The translations under genes were made by a program, and so were the position numbers. Under the pieces are notes generated by a model that was not told the DNA's origin, searched no databases, and saw nothing but the letters and a program-made list of their open reading frames with translations. This document shows positions 39,399-47,996 of a stretch of 64,000 nt of DNA, piece by piece (the first letter of the stretch is position 1; every line of letters starts with the position of its first letter). The stretch is from NCBI GenBank assembly GCA_965601925.1, contig OZ271854.1, positions 2,688,001 to 2,752,000 of the forward strand, in the 5' to 3' direction. The stretch is from Alkalispirochaeta sp. (GTDB lineage Bacteria > Spirochaetota > Spirochaetia > DSM-27196 > Alkalispirochaetaceae).

Positions 39399-39829
39399 GG
39401 GACGTGGCGGCGCCAGTGCACCCATAGTCCTATCGCACGAAAACGGAACATACGCCGTACGGGCGCCTTGTCACCATACATCCCTCGCCTGACCACACTG
39501 GTTACGGTTTGGCGCCCGTCGACGAGAAACACTTTACGAGCGACTCGCCGGCGTCGAGTACGATATCAATCACGTCGGTATCCACCATTGCCACGCCGTG
39601 CCTCGATCGAACGGCGGATAATACCGGCGTTCTTCGAGGTCGGGGAGCGGTGGGCCGAGCTCGCCCCGACGGTCGGCCTACCTCCTACACCGCACTATGC
39701 GTACCTCGCGCCCCATGTGCGTGCCAATAGCGTGCGCGAACCTTACCGCGCCGTCGATATGCGACATTGGAAAGACGCGTTTTCCCGGATCTCACATCCA
39801 TCGCGGCCCGTGGTATGGTACAGTGATAC

Positions 39830-41041
39830 ATGCAGGACCTTATGGGTAGTGAAGATCACGCCACCGTCTGTTACGGAACGTCTGCTCCCCACGCGTGGAA
39901 CGCGCACGTGGGATCCTATCGCGTCGAGCTCAATCACCATCCCGGCGACCCGCCGAATGTCCGTCGAATAACCGCGCGCTCGGGTGACGGCGGGTGTGTC
40001 GTCGAGATTGCGCCGTCGAAAGGGTTGTCGTTCCGTTCCGCGCGCTTCGGCGATCAGGAGCTGTTTTGGGAGCCTCCGCTTCCCAATTTGCCCGATCCCG
40101 AGGAGATCGATTTGGCCGGTACGGTCTGGATCGACGGCACGGAACACCGCGGCGCGGCGTGGGTGCGGTACTTCGCCGCCAGCGTCGAACTCTTGGGGCT
40201 GGACCATTGGGGTATGCACGACCGCCGCGGTGCGACGCTCCACGGCAACGCCTCGATGATTCCCGTTGAGCATGTGACATTTCGAGAGAGAGGCGACGAG
40301 ATTGAGATTTCGGGAGCGTTTCATATCGCCGACCCGGTGGATGTGCTCCCCGGACCGAATCGTCGACCGTACTACCGCGTCGCGCGGACGATACGTATCC
40401 ACGGGGCGAGGAGATCGCTGTATCAGCGCGACCGCATTACCAACCTCTCCGACGACCCCAAAACGCCCGATTGGGGGTATCACGTGCAACTTCGCCCCGA
40501 GCCGGGAAGTCGGTATCTGGTGCCGGCGCGCAGCACGCATCCGCGCCGCAGTCCCGGTGAGCCGCCGCCGGCGGACGCCGATACGTGGCGTCCCGTCGTC
40601 GATGCGACCACGCGCCGCGAACGCGGGTATGTACACCGCGATGTGTTGCGTGCGGCGGCGTTTCCCGACGGTTCGCCGGGGGTCGAGACGTTGCTCCTCC
40701 ACCCTCACGGCACCGGTGTGGCCTGTACTATCCCGCCGGCGTCCTACACGCTCTCGTGGTTTTCGTCGGGAGGTGCGAACGATCCGACCTTCTCGCTCCC
40801 GACGGGACCGAACGGAGAGCTTCTCCCCATCTTTGATCGTAACTGGGACGGAGTAGGACCCGAGATCGGTGCCAGCGCCCTCGACGGCGACGGCGATATC
40901 GACCCCTCCGTCGCACCGCACCGTCTGGAGCCCGGTGACTCCTTCGATCTGCAGCTTCTCCTGCGATTAGTCGATAAGGATGAAGCGGCGCGTATCGGCG
41001 ATCGGATTCTCCGTTATCGCGGGGGGACGACGGACCGATAG
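39830..41041 (+). CDS. DUF4432 / galactose-mutarotase-like superfamily protein
   Basis: 'EI.PSKGL', 'GL..WG....TLHG..S.IP', 'D.ITN', 'YH', 'G.GPE', 'LEPG' beta-sandwich pattern. Confidence 0.65.
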   Translation: MQDLMGSEDHATVCYGTSAPHAWNAHVGSYRVELNHHPGDPPNVRRITARSGDGGCVVEIAPSKGLSFRSARFGDQELFWEPPLPNLPDPEEIDLAGTVWIDGTEHRGAAWVRYFAASVELLGLDHWGMHDRRGATLHGNASMIPVEHVTFRERGDEIEISGAFHIADPVDVLPGPNRRPYYRVARTIRIHGARRSLYQRDRITNLSDDPKTPDWGYHVQLRPEPGSRYLVPARSTHPRRSPGEPPPADADTWRPVVDATTRRERGYVHRDVLRAAAFPDGSPGVETLLLHPHGTGVACTIPPASYTLSWFSSGGANDPTFSLPTGPNGELLPIFDRNWDGVGPEIGASALDGDGDIDPSVAPHRLEPGDSFDLQLLLRLVDKDEAARIGDRILRYRGGTTDR

Positions 41042-41111
41042 GGCGCCGTCGATACTCGATGTAACGGCATCCCACCCGCGGAGCAAGAGACTACGATTGT
41101 TCGCTTTGTGC

Positions 41112-41140
41112 TTGACCCGTGGAGTATTCCCCTGTACTGT
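41112..41140 (+). promoter_or_regulatory. Sigma70 promoter TTGACC-N17-TACTGT for the ROK operon
   Basis: Near-consensus -35 and -10 with 17-nt spacing. Confidence 0.7.
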
Positions 41141-41175
41141 TAGTTTATTCGTTGAATGAACTAACAGTACAGGGG
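41129..41175. promoter_or_regulatory. Palindromic ROK (XylR-type) operator with 22-bp arms
   Basis: CCCCTGTACTGTTAGTTTATTC-GTT-GAATGAACTAACAGTACAGGGG (1 mismatch); the core TTAGTTT-N11-GAACTAA resembles Bacillus xylO. Confidence 0.8.
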
Positions 41176-41176
41176 G

Positions 41177-42211
41177 GTGCCCATCGATATGGCGGTGCAG
41201 GATCGTATCCGACGCACGAATCTATCTCGCATTCTCCACCTACTGCGGCGCTTCGGATCCGCGTCACAGGCGGAACTCGCCCTACGTACCGGACTACAAC
41301 CTTCGACCGTCTCGAATCTGGTACGCGAGTTGCGTCTCGGAGAGTACGTGGTCAGCCTGGGGCGCGGCGCATCGAGCGACCAAGGCGGTAAGCGTCCGAC
41401 GCTACTCGCCCTGAACGGGAAGCGCGGCGTCTATATCGGTCTGCTATGGGAGGCGGGCGTCGTCGCGTGGACGATAGTGGATCTTTCGGGCGGCATTGGT
41501 GCTTTGACGAGAGGGGCGGTGCGACACGAGACGCTCGACCCTTCACAGTCACGGACGCCCGAGGAGGTTCTCGCCGAGCTTGCCGGTAGCGCCGCGAATG
41601 ATCTCGGCGGCAGTGTACCGATTCTGGGAGTCGGGCTCGCCGTCGGGAGTGTCGTCGACCGCCACGGCGCGATTCGGCCTTCGGCGGACTTTTCGTGGGC
41701 TCTTCGGGAACCGGCCGCCGAGCTGAAGCGCCTCTTTGCCGTGGACGACTCGGTGCCGATAACCGTCGAGAATGATGCGAATTGTGTCGCCCTCTCGGCG
41801 GTCCGACGTCGAATTGGGTACGAAGACGGCTCGACGCCCGAGTCGCTGTTGGCGGTGCTCATTACCGATGCCCCGTTGTCGGCCGGGGTCGGGTTACTCA
41901 TCGATGATGAGCTCATTCGCGGGCGTACCGGGAGCTCGGGCGAACTCTTACCGGCGGGCCACGACCATGCGACGGACGATGTCGACCGGGCGCTCGCGGC
42001 GGCGCTGCGCCTCATCGATCCCGACGAGGTCGTTCTGGCGCGACCGGCGACGATATCCCTTTCTCAGCTGTCGCGCTCGCGCGTTGCGCTCGGCGATACG
42101 CCGTTGTACGAGGTCGATCCGGTGGACTCCATTCTCGACGGCGCCGTTGAGCTCGCCTTTCGAGCAAGCGTTCGTCATATCGTACAGGGAGATTTCACGC
42201 ATGCACGGTAA
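41177..42211 (+). CDS. ROK family transcriptional repressor
   Basis: N-terminal HTH (S.AELA..TGL..STVSNLV.EL), GGKRP..L, ENDANC.AL, G.SGE. Confidence 0.88.
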   Translation: MPIDMAVQDRIRRTNLSRILHLLRRFGSASQAELALRTGLQPSTVSNLVRELRLGEYVVSLGRGASSDQGGKRPTLLALNGKRGVYIGLLWEAGVVAWTIVDLSGGIGALTRGAVRHETLDPSQSRTPEEVLAELAGSAANDLGGSVPILGVGLAVGSVVDRHGAIRPSADFSWALREPAAELKRLFAVDDSVPITVENDANCVALSAVRRRIGYEDGSTPESLLAVLITDAPLSAGVGLLIDDELIRGRTGSSGELLPAGHDHATDDVDRALAAALRLIDPDEVVLARPATISLSQLSRSRVALGDTPLYEVDPVDSILDGAVELAFRASVRHIVQGDFTHAR

Positions 42212-43439
42212 TATCTTGGTCGGTCAATCCGGTGGACCCACGGCGGTGATCAACGCCAGTTTGGCGGGCGTGCTGCGGGCGGCGCGGACGGCGGGGTTCG
42301 GTGATGGTGACGGTTCGATCTACGGTATGCGCTTTGCGATCGAGGGGTTTTTGGAGGATCGCCTCCTCGATCTGGGAACGCTCTCACCCAACGACATCGA
42401 GCGGTTGCGCACAACTCCGGGTTCGGCCCTCGGCTCGTGCCGCTACAAGCTTGCCGATAAGGACCTTCCCCGGATTAAGGAGCGCTTGGAGCGTTGGAAC
42501 GTTCGCTATCTATTTTACATCGGCGGCAACGACACGATGGATACGATTCATAGGATCGTTGCGTACTGCGATCGGACCGGCTACACGCTGCAGGGTATCG
42601 GGATTCCCAAAACGGTGGACAACGACCTGTTTGCGACCGATCACACGCCCGGCTATCCGTCGGCGGCGCGATACGTCGTGCTGTCCGTGCAACAGGCCGG
42701 TCGGCTTGCGGCGGACATGCAACGCGTCGATCGCTTTGTAATCCATCAAACGGTCGGGCGCGACGCGGGGTGGCTCGCGGCCGCATCCGCAGTCGCGCGG
42801 CGAGCCCCCGACGAGGCGCCGCATCTCATCTACGTCCCCGAACGGCCCCTTACTCGCGAGGGGGTGCTTGCCGACGTGGAGCGGACGATCTCGGAGTACG
42901 GGTGGGCGTCAATCGTGGTCGGCGAGGGGATCGTCTGGGAGGACGGGACGCCCGTCTCCGCCGCCGCGTCAAGGGATCGATTCGACAACGTCGAGTTCGG
43001 CGCCATGAGCGGTTCGAGCGCGGCGGTCGGCCTCCACCGCCTGATATCCGAGAAGACCGGATATCGCGGTGAGTTTCAGATCCCCGAATCCATGGCAATG
43101 GCCGCCGCCGACCGCGTCGTGGAACTCGACCGAATGGAGGCGTACGGTTGCGGCGTCGAGGCCGTGTCTCGTGCCATGCGCGGAGAAAACAACGTGATGG
43201 TTACCATAGAGCGCGCGGAGTCCCGGCCGTATCGCGTGCGCTACGGCGCGGCCCCGCTCTCCGACGTCGCGGCCCGCGCCAAACCGATGCCCTCGGACAT
43301 GCTCGCCCCGGCGTGGGTGAGCGATCGATTTCTCGCCTATGTGCGACCCCTTATCGGACCACTCGATCGATACATCGATCTCGGCGCCCTTGCGCCGGCG
43401 GCGGTCGAGCGAGCGGCGGGACGAAGCGACGGAATATAA
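42201..43439 (+). CDS. PfkA-family phosphofructokinase, probably PPi-dependent
   Basis: GQSGGPTAVIN, LGSCR, GGNDTMDT (Asp at the donor-determining site), PKTVDND; MGR motif altered to VGR. Confidence 0.88.
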   Translation: MHGNILVGQSGGPTAVINASLAGVLRAARTAGFGDGDGSIYGMRFAIEGFLEDRLLDLGTLSPNDIERLRTTPGSALGSCRYKLADKDLPRIKERLERWNVRYLFYIGGNDTMDTIHRIVAYCDRTGYTLQGIGIPKTVDNDLFATDHTPGYPSAARYVVLSVQQAGRLAADMQRVDRFVIHQTVGRDAGWLAAASAVARRAPDEAPHLIYVPERPLTREGVLADVERTISEYGWASIVVGEGIVWEDGTPVSAAASRDRFDNVEFGAMSGSSAAVGLHRLISEKTGYRGEFQIPESMAMAAADRVVELDRMEAYGCGVEAVSRAMRGENNVMVTIERAESRPYRVRYGAAPLSDVAARAKPMPSDMLAPAWVSDRFLAYVRPLIGPLDRYIDLGALAPAAVERAAGRSDGI

Positions 43440-43451
43440 AGGAGCGCGAAG

Positions 43452-44462
43452 ATGAATACGCAGGATCGATACGGACGATTTGCGCTGTGTCGCGAGATGT
43501 TGGAGACGGTCGAAGTAGTGCGGCGATTCGACGCCAAGCGGATAGGGCGGACCGAGCTCGCCTCCGATACGGTCCTTCTCACCGGCGAAGGATCAAGCCG
43601 TATTTTTCCCGCCAAGCGTGCGATCGCCCACTCCTTACGAGAAGGGTGGCCGCAACAGATCGTGACCGAAAGCGCAACCCAGGCGTTGGAGTACGATTTG
43701 TCCGGATATCACGTGTTCATAGCCTCCAACTCGGGAAAGACCGCCGAAGGAGTGCATCTCATACGCGCGCTTCGTCGCGAGGGGGCGAAACCCATCGCCG
43801 CTATGACCGGTGTGGTCGCCCACGGTGGTACGCCGATCGCGGAAGAGGCGGACGACGCACTCGTCCTGGATTGCGGCGGCGAAGACGCCGTCGCGGCGAC
43901 CAAGTCGGTGGTGGAGCAAGCGCTCGTATACGATACGCTGTTCAGAGCCGCCAACGGGAGCCCGGGCGTCGATCGCGACGAACTCGCCGACGCGCTGCAC
44001 GCGGCACTGACGATGGATTTGAATACCGACCTCGTGAGGCGGATTGCTTCGTCCCCCGTACTCTATTTTTCGGGGCGTAACGACGGGGTGGCCGAGGAGC
44101 TTACACTCAAGACGAATGAGATCACACGCAAACGGTCGGATTTCCTCGAAGGAACGTACGCCGTGCACGGGATCGAGGAGGTCATGCAGCGTGACGAGAC
44201 GGTAATCGTCATCGATCCGTTTCCGCACCAGGAGGAGAAGTTTGCGTCGGTTCTCAAAGAGGGCGTCGGGATGAATGTGGTGGCCATCGGTCCGCGGGAG
44301 ACGATATTCCCCACCATCACCGTGCCCGACGCCGGGACGCTCTTGCCGTATGTGCTGCTTGCCGCCGGATGGAATCTGTTGGTCGAGGTCGGACTTTCTC
44401 TCACCATCGACCTGGATACTCCCCAGCGGGCGCGCAAGGTAGGTAACGAGTTTGTCGGGTGA
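43452..44462 (+). CDS. Double-SIS sugar-phosphate isomerase/deaminase (GlmS C-terminal / GlmD-like)
   Basis: REMLET, TGEGSS, SNSGKT.E, E.AVAATKS, E..LK..E, P..ARKVG. Confidence 0.8.
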   Translation: MNTQDRYGRFALCREMLETVEVVRRFDAKRIGRTELASDTVLLTGEGSSRIFPAKRAIAHSLREGWPQQIVTESATQALEYDLSGYHVFIASNSGKTAEGVHLIRALRREGAKPIAAMTGVVAHGGTPIAEEADDALVLDCGGEDAVAATKSVVEQALVYDTLFRAANGSPGVDRDELADALHAALTMDLNTDLVRRIASSPVLYFSGRNDGVAEELTLKTNEITRKRSDFLEGTYAVHGIEEVMQRDETVIVIDPFPHQEEKFASVLKEGVGMNVVAIGPRETIFPTITVPDAGTLLPYVLLAAGWNLLVEVGLSLTIDLDTPQRARKVGNEFVG

Positions 44463-44478
44463 CCGAAAGGAGCGATGA

Positions 44479-45327
44479 GTGACGACCTACCAGCTTTCCC
44501 GACGGCTCACAACCGGAGAGATACGTCGCGGTTTGTTTCCCGATGTGCTGCCGGAGTACAGCCCCGGCGAGCGATGGCTCCTATTGAGTCCCCACGACGA
44601 CGATCTTGCGATCGCCGGCGGACTATCCATCGCCGTGGCCGACGTCGAGGGTGTCGAGATGCGCGCCAGAATCGTTACCGACGGCGCAATGGGGTACACA
44701 TCGGTCGTCGGCGCCGATCGGATATGCGTCGTGCGACGAGAGGAGACCGCAGCGTGCTTTTCGATCCTCGGTATCGACGACTACGACTGGTACGACTATC
44801 CCGACGCGGGACTCGCTCCGTGGCAGGGGCGTAAAAAGGTATCGGACGGGGCGGCCTCGCCGCATACCGTCGCCGGATATACGGGGCTTCAGAACAGCAT
44901 TGTCGCCGAGCTGCGCGCGTGGCGTCCCCACCGCATGATCCTGTTGTCGCCCCAAGATTATCACCCGGATCACAAGATGGTGCATCAGGAGGCGCTGATC
45001 TCCATGTTTCACGCGCGCGGCGACATCTGGCCCGAGCTGGGTCCCCCGCTGGAGGCCGATCCGATCGTTCACGAGATAGCCGCGTACAGTCCCTTCGTCG
45101 CACCTCCGGACTTGGAGCTCCGGTGCCGAGAAGATCTGTTCCGTCGCAAGCTCGACGCCATCGCGGCGTACGCCTCGCAACGGCAAATAGCGCGGTTGGT
45201 CGAGTCCGTTCGCGCCGCCGGTCCGGTAGAGTACCTACGCACCATGCCGTTCGAGTTTTACCACGCCGCGGCCTACGCCGGATACTTTCGCCCCGGACCC
45301 TCCGGCGACGGCGCAATCGATGTTTAA
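44479..45327 (+). CDS. PIG-L/LmbE family N-deacetylase
   Basis: SPHDDD, TDG..G, RREE, HPDH, K..AI..YASQ; AAGGAG RBS 6 nt before GTG. Confidence 0.85.
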   Translation: MTTYQLSRRLTTGEIRRGLFPDVLPEYSPGERWLLLSPHDDDLAIAGGLSIAVADVEGVEMRARIVTDGAMGYTSVVGADRICVVRREETAACFSILGIDDYDWYDYPDAGLAPWQGRKKVSDGAASPHTVAGYTGLQNSIVAELRAWRPHRMILLSPQDYHPDHKMVHQEALISMFHARGDIWPELGPPLEADPIVHEIAAYSPFVAPPDLELRCREDLFRRKLDAIAAYASQRQIARLVESVRAAGPVEYLRTMPFEFYHAAAYAGYFRPGPSGDGAIDV

Positions 45328-46333
45328 CGAGCGTCTCTTTACGCTCCGCCACCCTGCGGGCTCGACGGCTCTCATCGACGCTCGCTGCGGCGGTACGGTG
45401 CATCGCGTATCCCTCATTCCGGCTCCGGAGAGCGTTTCACAGACCGATCGGGCCGAGGATCGAGAGAACCCTTCGGCGGAGGCTATCCTCAAAGGCGACG
45501 ATCCGATCGTCGCGGACGGTCAAACGGAGTGCGATCCCGGCCTCTTTCGCGGCAGGATACTGGCGCCCTTCAACGATCGCGTCGCCGACGGAGTCTACCG
45601 ATGGCGAGGCAGACAGTTCAAGCTTCCGACCAATGATCTCGATACGGCCGACGCCATTCACGGATTTCTGTATCGTACCGAGCTCCACCGATCGGCCATA
45701 CCGGCGCCGGGCGGCGGGAGGCGGGCGAACGGGGCGACACTGGAGTTGTGCGGCGCATTGCCGGCCGACGGGCCGGATGGCGGCGGCTATCCCTTCCTCC
45801 TCGCCGTATCGATCATATACGTTCTTCGGGCGAGCGAGTTTGAGATCACCGTGCGGCTTACCAACCTCGGAGAAGACGAGGCCCCGGTCTCCATGGGGTG
45901 GCACCCGTACATCCTCCTCGCCGCGGTGGATTATGCGCCCGACGAGTATCGCTTAACGGTGCCTGCGGAGCGTTTCATCGAGGTCGACGAGCGTCTTCTT
46001 CCCACCGGCCGGACACCGACGGTCGCCGGTACGACGTTCGATTTCCGGTCACCGACTACGATAGGCGGTCGTGCCCTCGACGTGGGGTTTCCTCTCGTCG
46101 GCGACCGTCCTACCGTCTCGCTGGCGGCGGGAGACAGGATCGTACACGTGACGATGGAAGACGCCTTTCGTATGGCTCAGATTTTCGTGCCCGACGACCG
46201 CGACTCGGTCGCGATAGAGCCCGTCTCCGCTCCGGCCGACGTCTTCAATCGTCCGGAACTCGGCGTTATCGCACTGGCCGCCGGAGAGAGCGTTCGTGGG
46301 AACGCACTGGTGCGCTACGTGCGGCGCCGTTGA
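45320..46333 (+). CDS. Aldose 1-epimerase family protein
   Basis: LAPFNDRV..G.Y, AIHG, GYPF, GWHPY, LLPTG, AIEP. Confidence 0.88.
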   Translation: MFNERLFTLRHPAGSTALIDARCGGTVHRVSLIPAPESVSQTDRAEDRENPSAEAILKGDDPIVADGQTECDPGLFRGRILAPFNDRVADGVYRWRGRQFKLPTNDLDTADAIHGFLYRTELHRSAIPAPGGGRRANGATLELCGALPADGPDGGGYPFLLAVSIIYVLRASEFEITVRLTNLGEDEAPVSMGWHPYILLAAVDYAPDEYRLTVPAERFIEVDERLLPTGRTPTVAGTTFDFRSPTTIGGRALDVGFPLVGDRPTVSLAAGDRIVHVTMEDAFRMAQIFVPDDRDSVAIEPVSAPADVFNRPELGVIALAAGESVRGNALVRYVRRR

Positions 46334-46403
46334 TTCCTATCGTTCGGTATCGTCCGCGCTGCGGGAGCCGATTGCCGCAGCGGTGAGTTGCAGGGCGTGC
46401 GCG

Positions 46404-47069
46404 TTACAGCTCCTTGTGGATGATCTCCCACTCCCACATGGTGCGATCTTGGCGATGGAGCGTTAGATAGTGTTCGGCAATTGCCGCCCCGTCGTAGTCT
46501 GAGTCCGGCGTGACCGGGCGGGTGATCGTTACCGTCCCGGCGTGGATGCCCTCATCGCGGAGCTCCATGTAAAGATTCTGTACCCAGTTGCGAAGTGCCG
46601 CCTTGCCGACCGAATGCGAAGCCGCGAATTGTGCGGGAAGGATTCCAAATCCGCCGCCGGTATACAGGAGCGTACCGCTCCCGCGTCGACGCATCCCCGC
46701 CAGTACCGCCTCGGTCGCGTAGAGCGCGCCGAAGAACATCGCCGGTAACGTCCGCTCCATCTCCTCCGAACCCAGTTCGCTCGGCGGCGTCTTTACCATA
46801 GTCGCGATGTTGTAGATAAGCACGTCCGGCGTTCCCATCGTCCGTTCGAGAGTCGCAAATCGATCCAACACGTCCTCACGGATCGTCGCGTCGACGCGTA
46901 GCGTCTCGACACGAGCCGATCCGAGGCGTCGCGCCTCGTCGGCGACCGCGTCCACCGTCTGGGTGGAGCGCGAGAAGAGGGCGAGGTCGAATCCCGCGCC
47001 GGCGAAGGTCCGCGCGATGTGACTGCCCATAGTGGGGCCGCATCCGACGATTGCGCATAATTGAGCCAT
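46404..47069 (-). CDS. SDR family oxidoreductase
   Basis: IVGCGPTMG, LIYN, LYTGG, GKAALR. Confidence 0.85.
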   Translation of the reverse strand: MAQLCAIVGCGPTMGSHIARTFAGAGFDLALFSRSTQTVDAVADEARRLGSARVETLRVDATIREDVLDRFATLERTMGTPDVLIYNIATMVKTPPSELGSEEMERTLPAMFFGALYATEAVLAGMRRRGSGTLLYTGGGFGILPAQFAASHSVGKAALRNWVQNLYMELRDEGIHAGTVTITRPVTPDSDYDGAAIAEHYLTLHRQDRTMWEWEIIHKEL

Positions 47070-47129
47070 GACGGAATTGTACCAAGGAGGCGGCACCTTG
47101 TCCTCCTGCCGGTGCGACGATAGACTTAT

Positions 47130-47900
47130 GTGATCGTGGCAACGTTGGAACTCGAACCCCTCCAGATAGTCATTCTCTTGGGCGCGGGCGCGGCGGCGGG
47201 ATTCATCAATACTCTGGCCGGCGGCGGCTCGCTTCTTACCATTCCCGCATTACTCTTTGCCGGCATTCCTTCGACGGTCGCCAACGCCACAAACCGTGTA
47301 GCGGTAGTGATGCAAAGCGCCGTCGCCGCCGCTCAGTTTCGACGGCAAAACGTATTTGAGCTTCGCGAATCGCTCCCGATGCTTCTTCCCGCATTCGCCG
47401 GCTCGATCATCGGAGCCTTTATCGCCGCCGAGATCGACCCCGCCGTGTTCGATGTCGTCCTGGCGGTCGTGCTGGTGCTCATGCTCGCGACACTCTTTTT
47501 TCGGCCCGCCGATATCGCCGCCTCCGCGGCCCGCCGTTCACCTCCCCGGTGGCTCGTGATTCCGGCGTTTTTCGTCATCGGATTGTACGGCGGGTTCGTC
47601 CAAGCTGGGGTCGGCTTTCTGCTCATTCTGGGAATCAACCTCCTGTTCGGGTTCGATTTAGTCAAAACCAACGCCCTCAAGGTGCTCATCGTGGCGCTGT
47701 ACTCGCTCTTCGCCCTGGCGATCTTCGCGATATACGGACAGATTTTGTGGCTCCACGGCGTTGTCCTCGGTGTGGGAAACGTCGTCGGGGCGCTCGTGGG
47801 AGTGCGGTTGGCCGTCAAACGGGGTGCCGCCGCGGTCCGGTGGGTCATCGTCGCTGCGGTCGCCCTCACGGTGCTAAAGCTCTTCGGCGTCATCGGATAG
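47130..47900 (+). CDS. Sulfite exporter TauE/SafE family membrane protein
   Basis: GFINTLAGGG..L..PAL, ANATNR, G.YGGF.QAG.G. Confidence 0.88.
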   Translation: MIVATLELEPLQIVILLGAGAAAGFINTLAGGGSLLTIPALLFAGIPSTVANATNRVAVVMQSAVAAAQFRRQNVFELRESLPMLLPAFAGSIIGAFIAAEIDPAVFDVVLAVVLVLMLATLFFRPADIAASAARRSPPRWLVIPAFFVIGLYGGFVQAGVGFLLILGINLLFGFDLVKTNALKVLIVALYSLFALAIFAIYGQILWLHGVVLGVGNVVGALVGVRLAVKRGAAAVRWVIVAAVALTVLKLFGVIG

Positions 47901-47906
47901 TGCTTT

Positions 47907-47945
47907 TGAAATACAGTTGCAGTTCGCTGAAAATGGGTTGCAATT
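47907..47945. promoter_or_regulatory. Direct repeat TGAAA-N4-GTTGCA-N-TT at 21-bp period upstream of the PTS promoter (candidate operator)
   Basis: TGAAATACAGTTGCAGTT (47907-47924) and TGAAAATGGGTTGCAATT (47928-47945). Confidence 0.5.
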
Positions 47946-47950
47946 TTTTG

Positions 47951-47978
47951 TTGACAACCGGCTGATATAGCATACCAT
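47951..47978 (+). promoter_or_regulatory. Sigma70 promoter TTGACA-N16-TACCAT for the PTS operon
   Basis: Perfect -35, TAnnnT -10, followed by AGGAGG RBS and ATG 47997. Confidence 0.7.
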
Positions 47979-47996
47979 TGTGTGCAGGAGGCACAC

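Noticed and set aside
41772..42200. Apparent N-terminal extension on the phosphofructokinase
   Set aside because: It overlaps the ROK gene in another frame; PFK homology begins at ATG 42201 after a GGGAG RBS
44475..44834. ATG-started 119-aa ORF right after the AAGGAG RBS, suggesting a frameshifted deacetylase start
   Set aside because: The RBS spacing suits GTG 44479 better, and that frame carries all the PIG-L motifs
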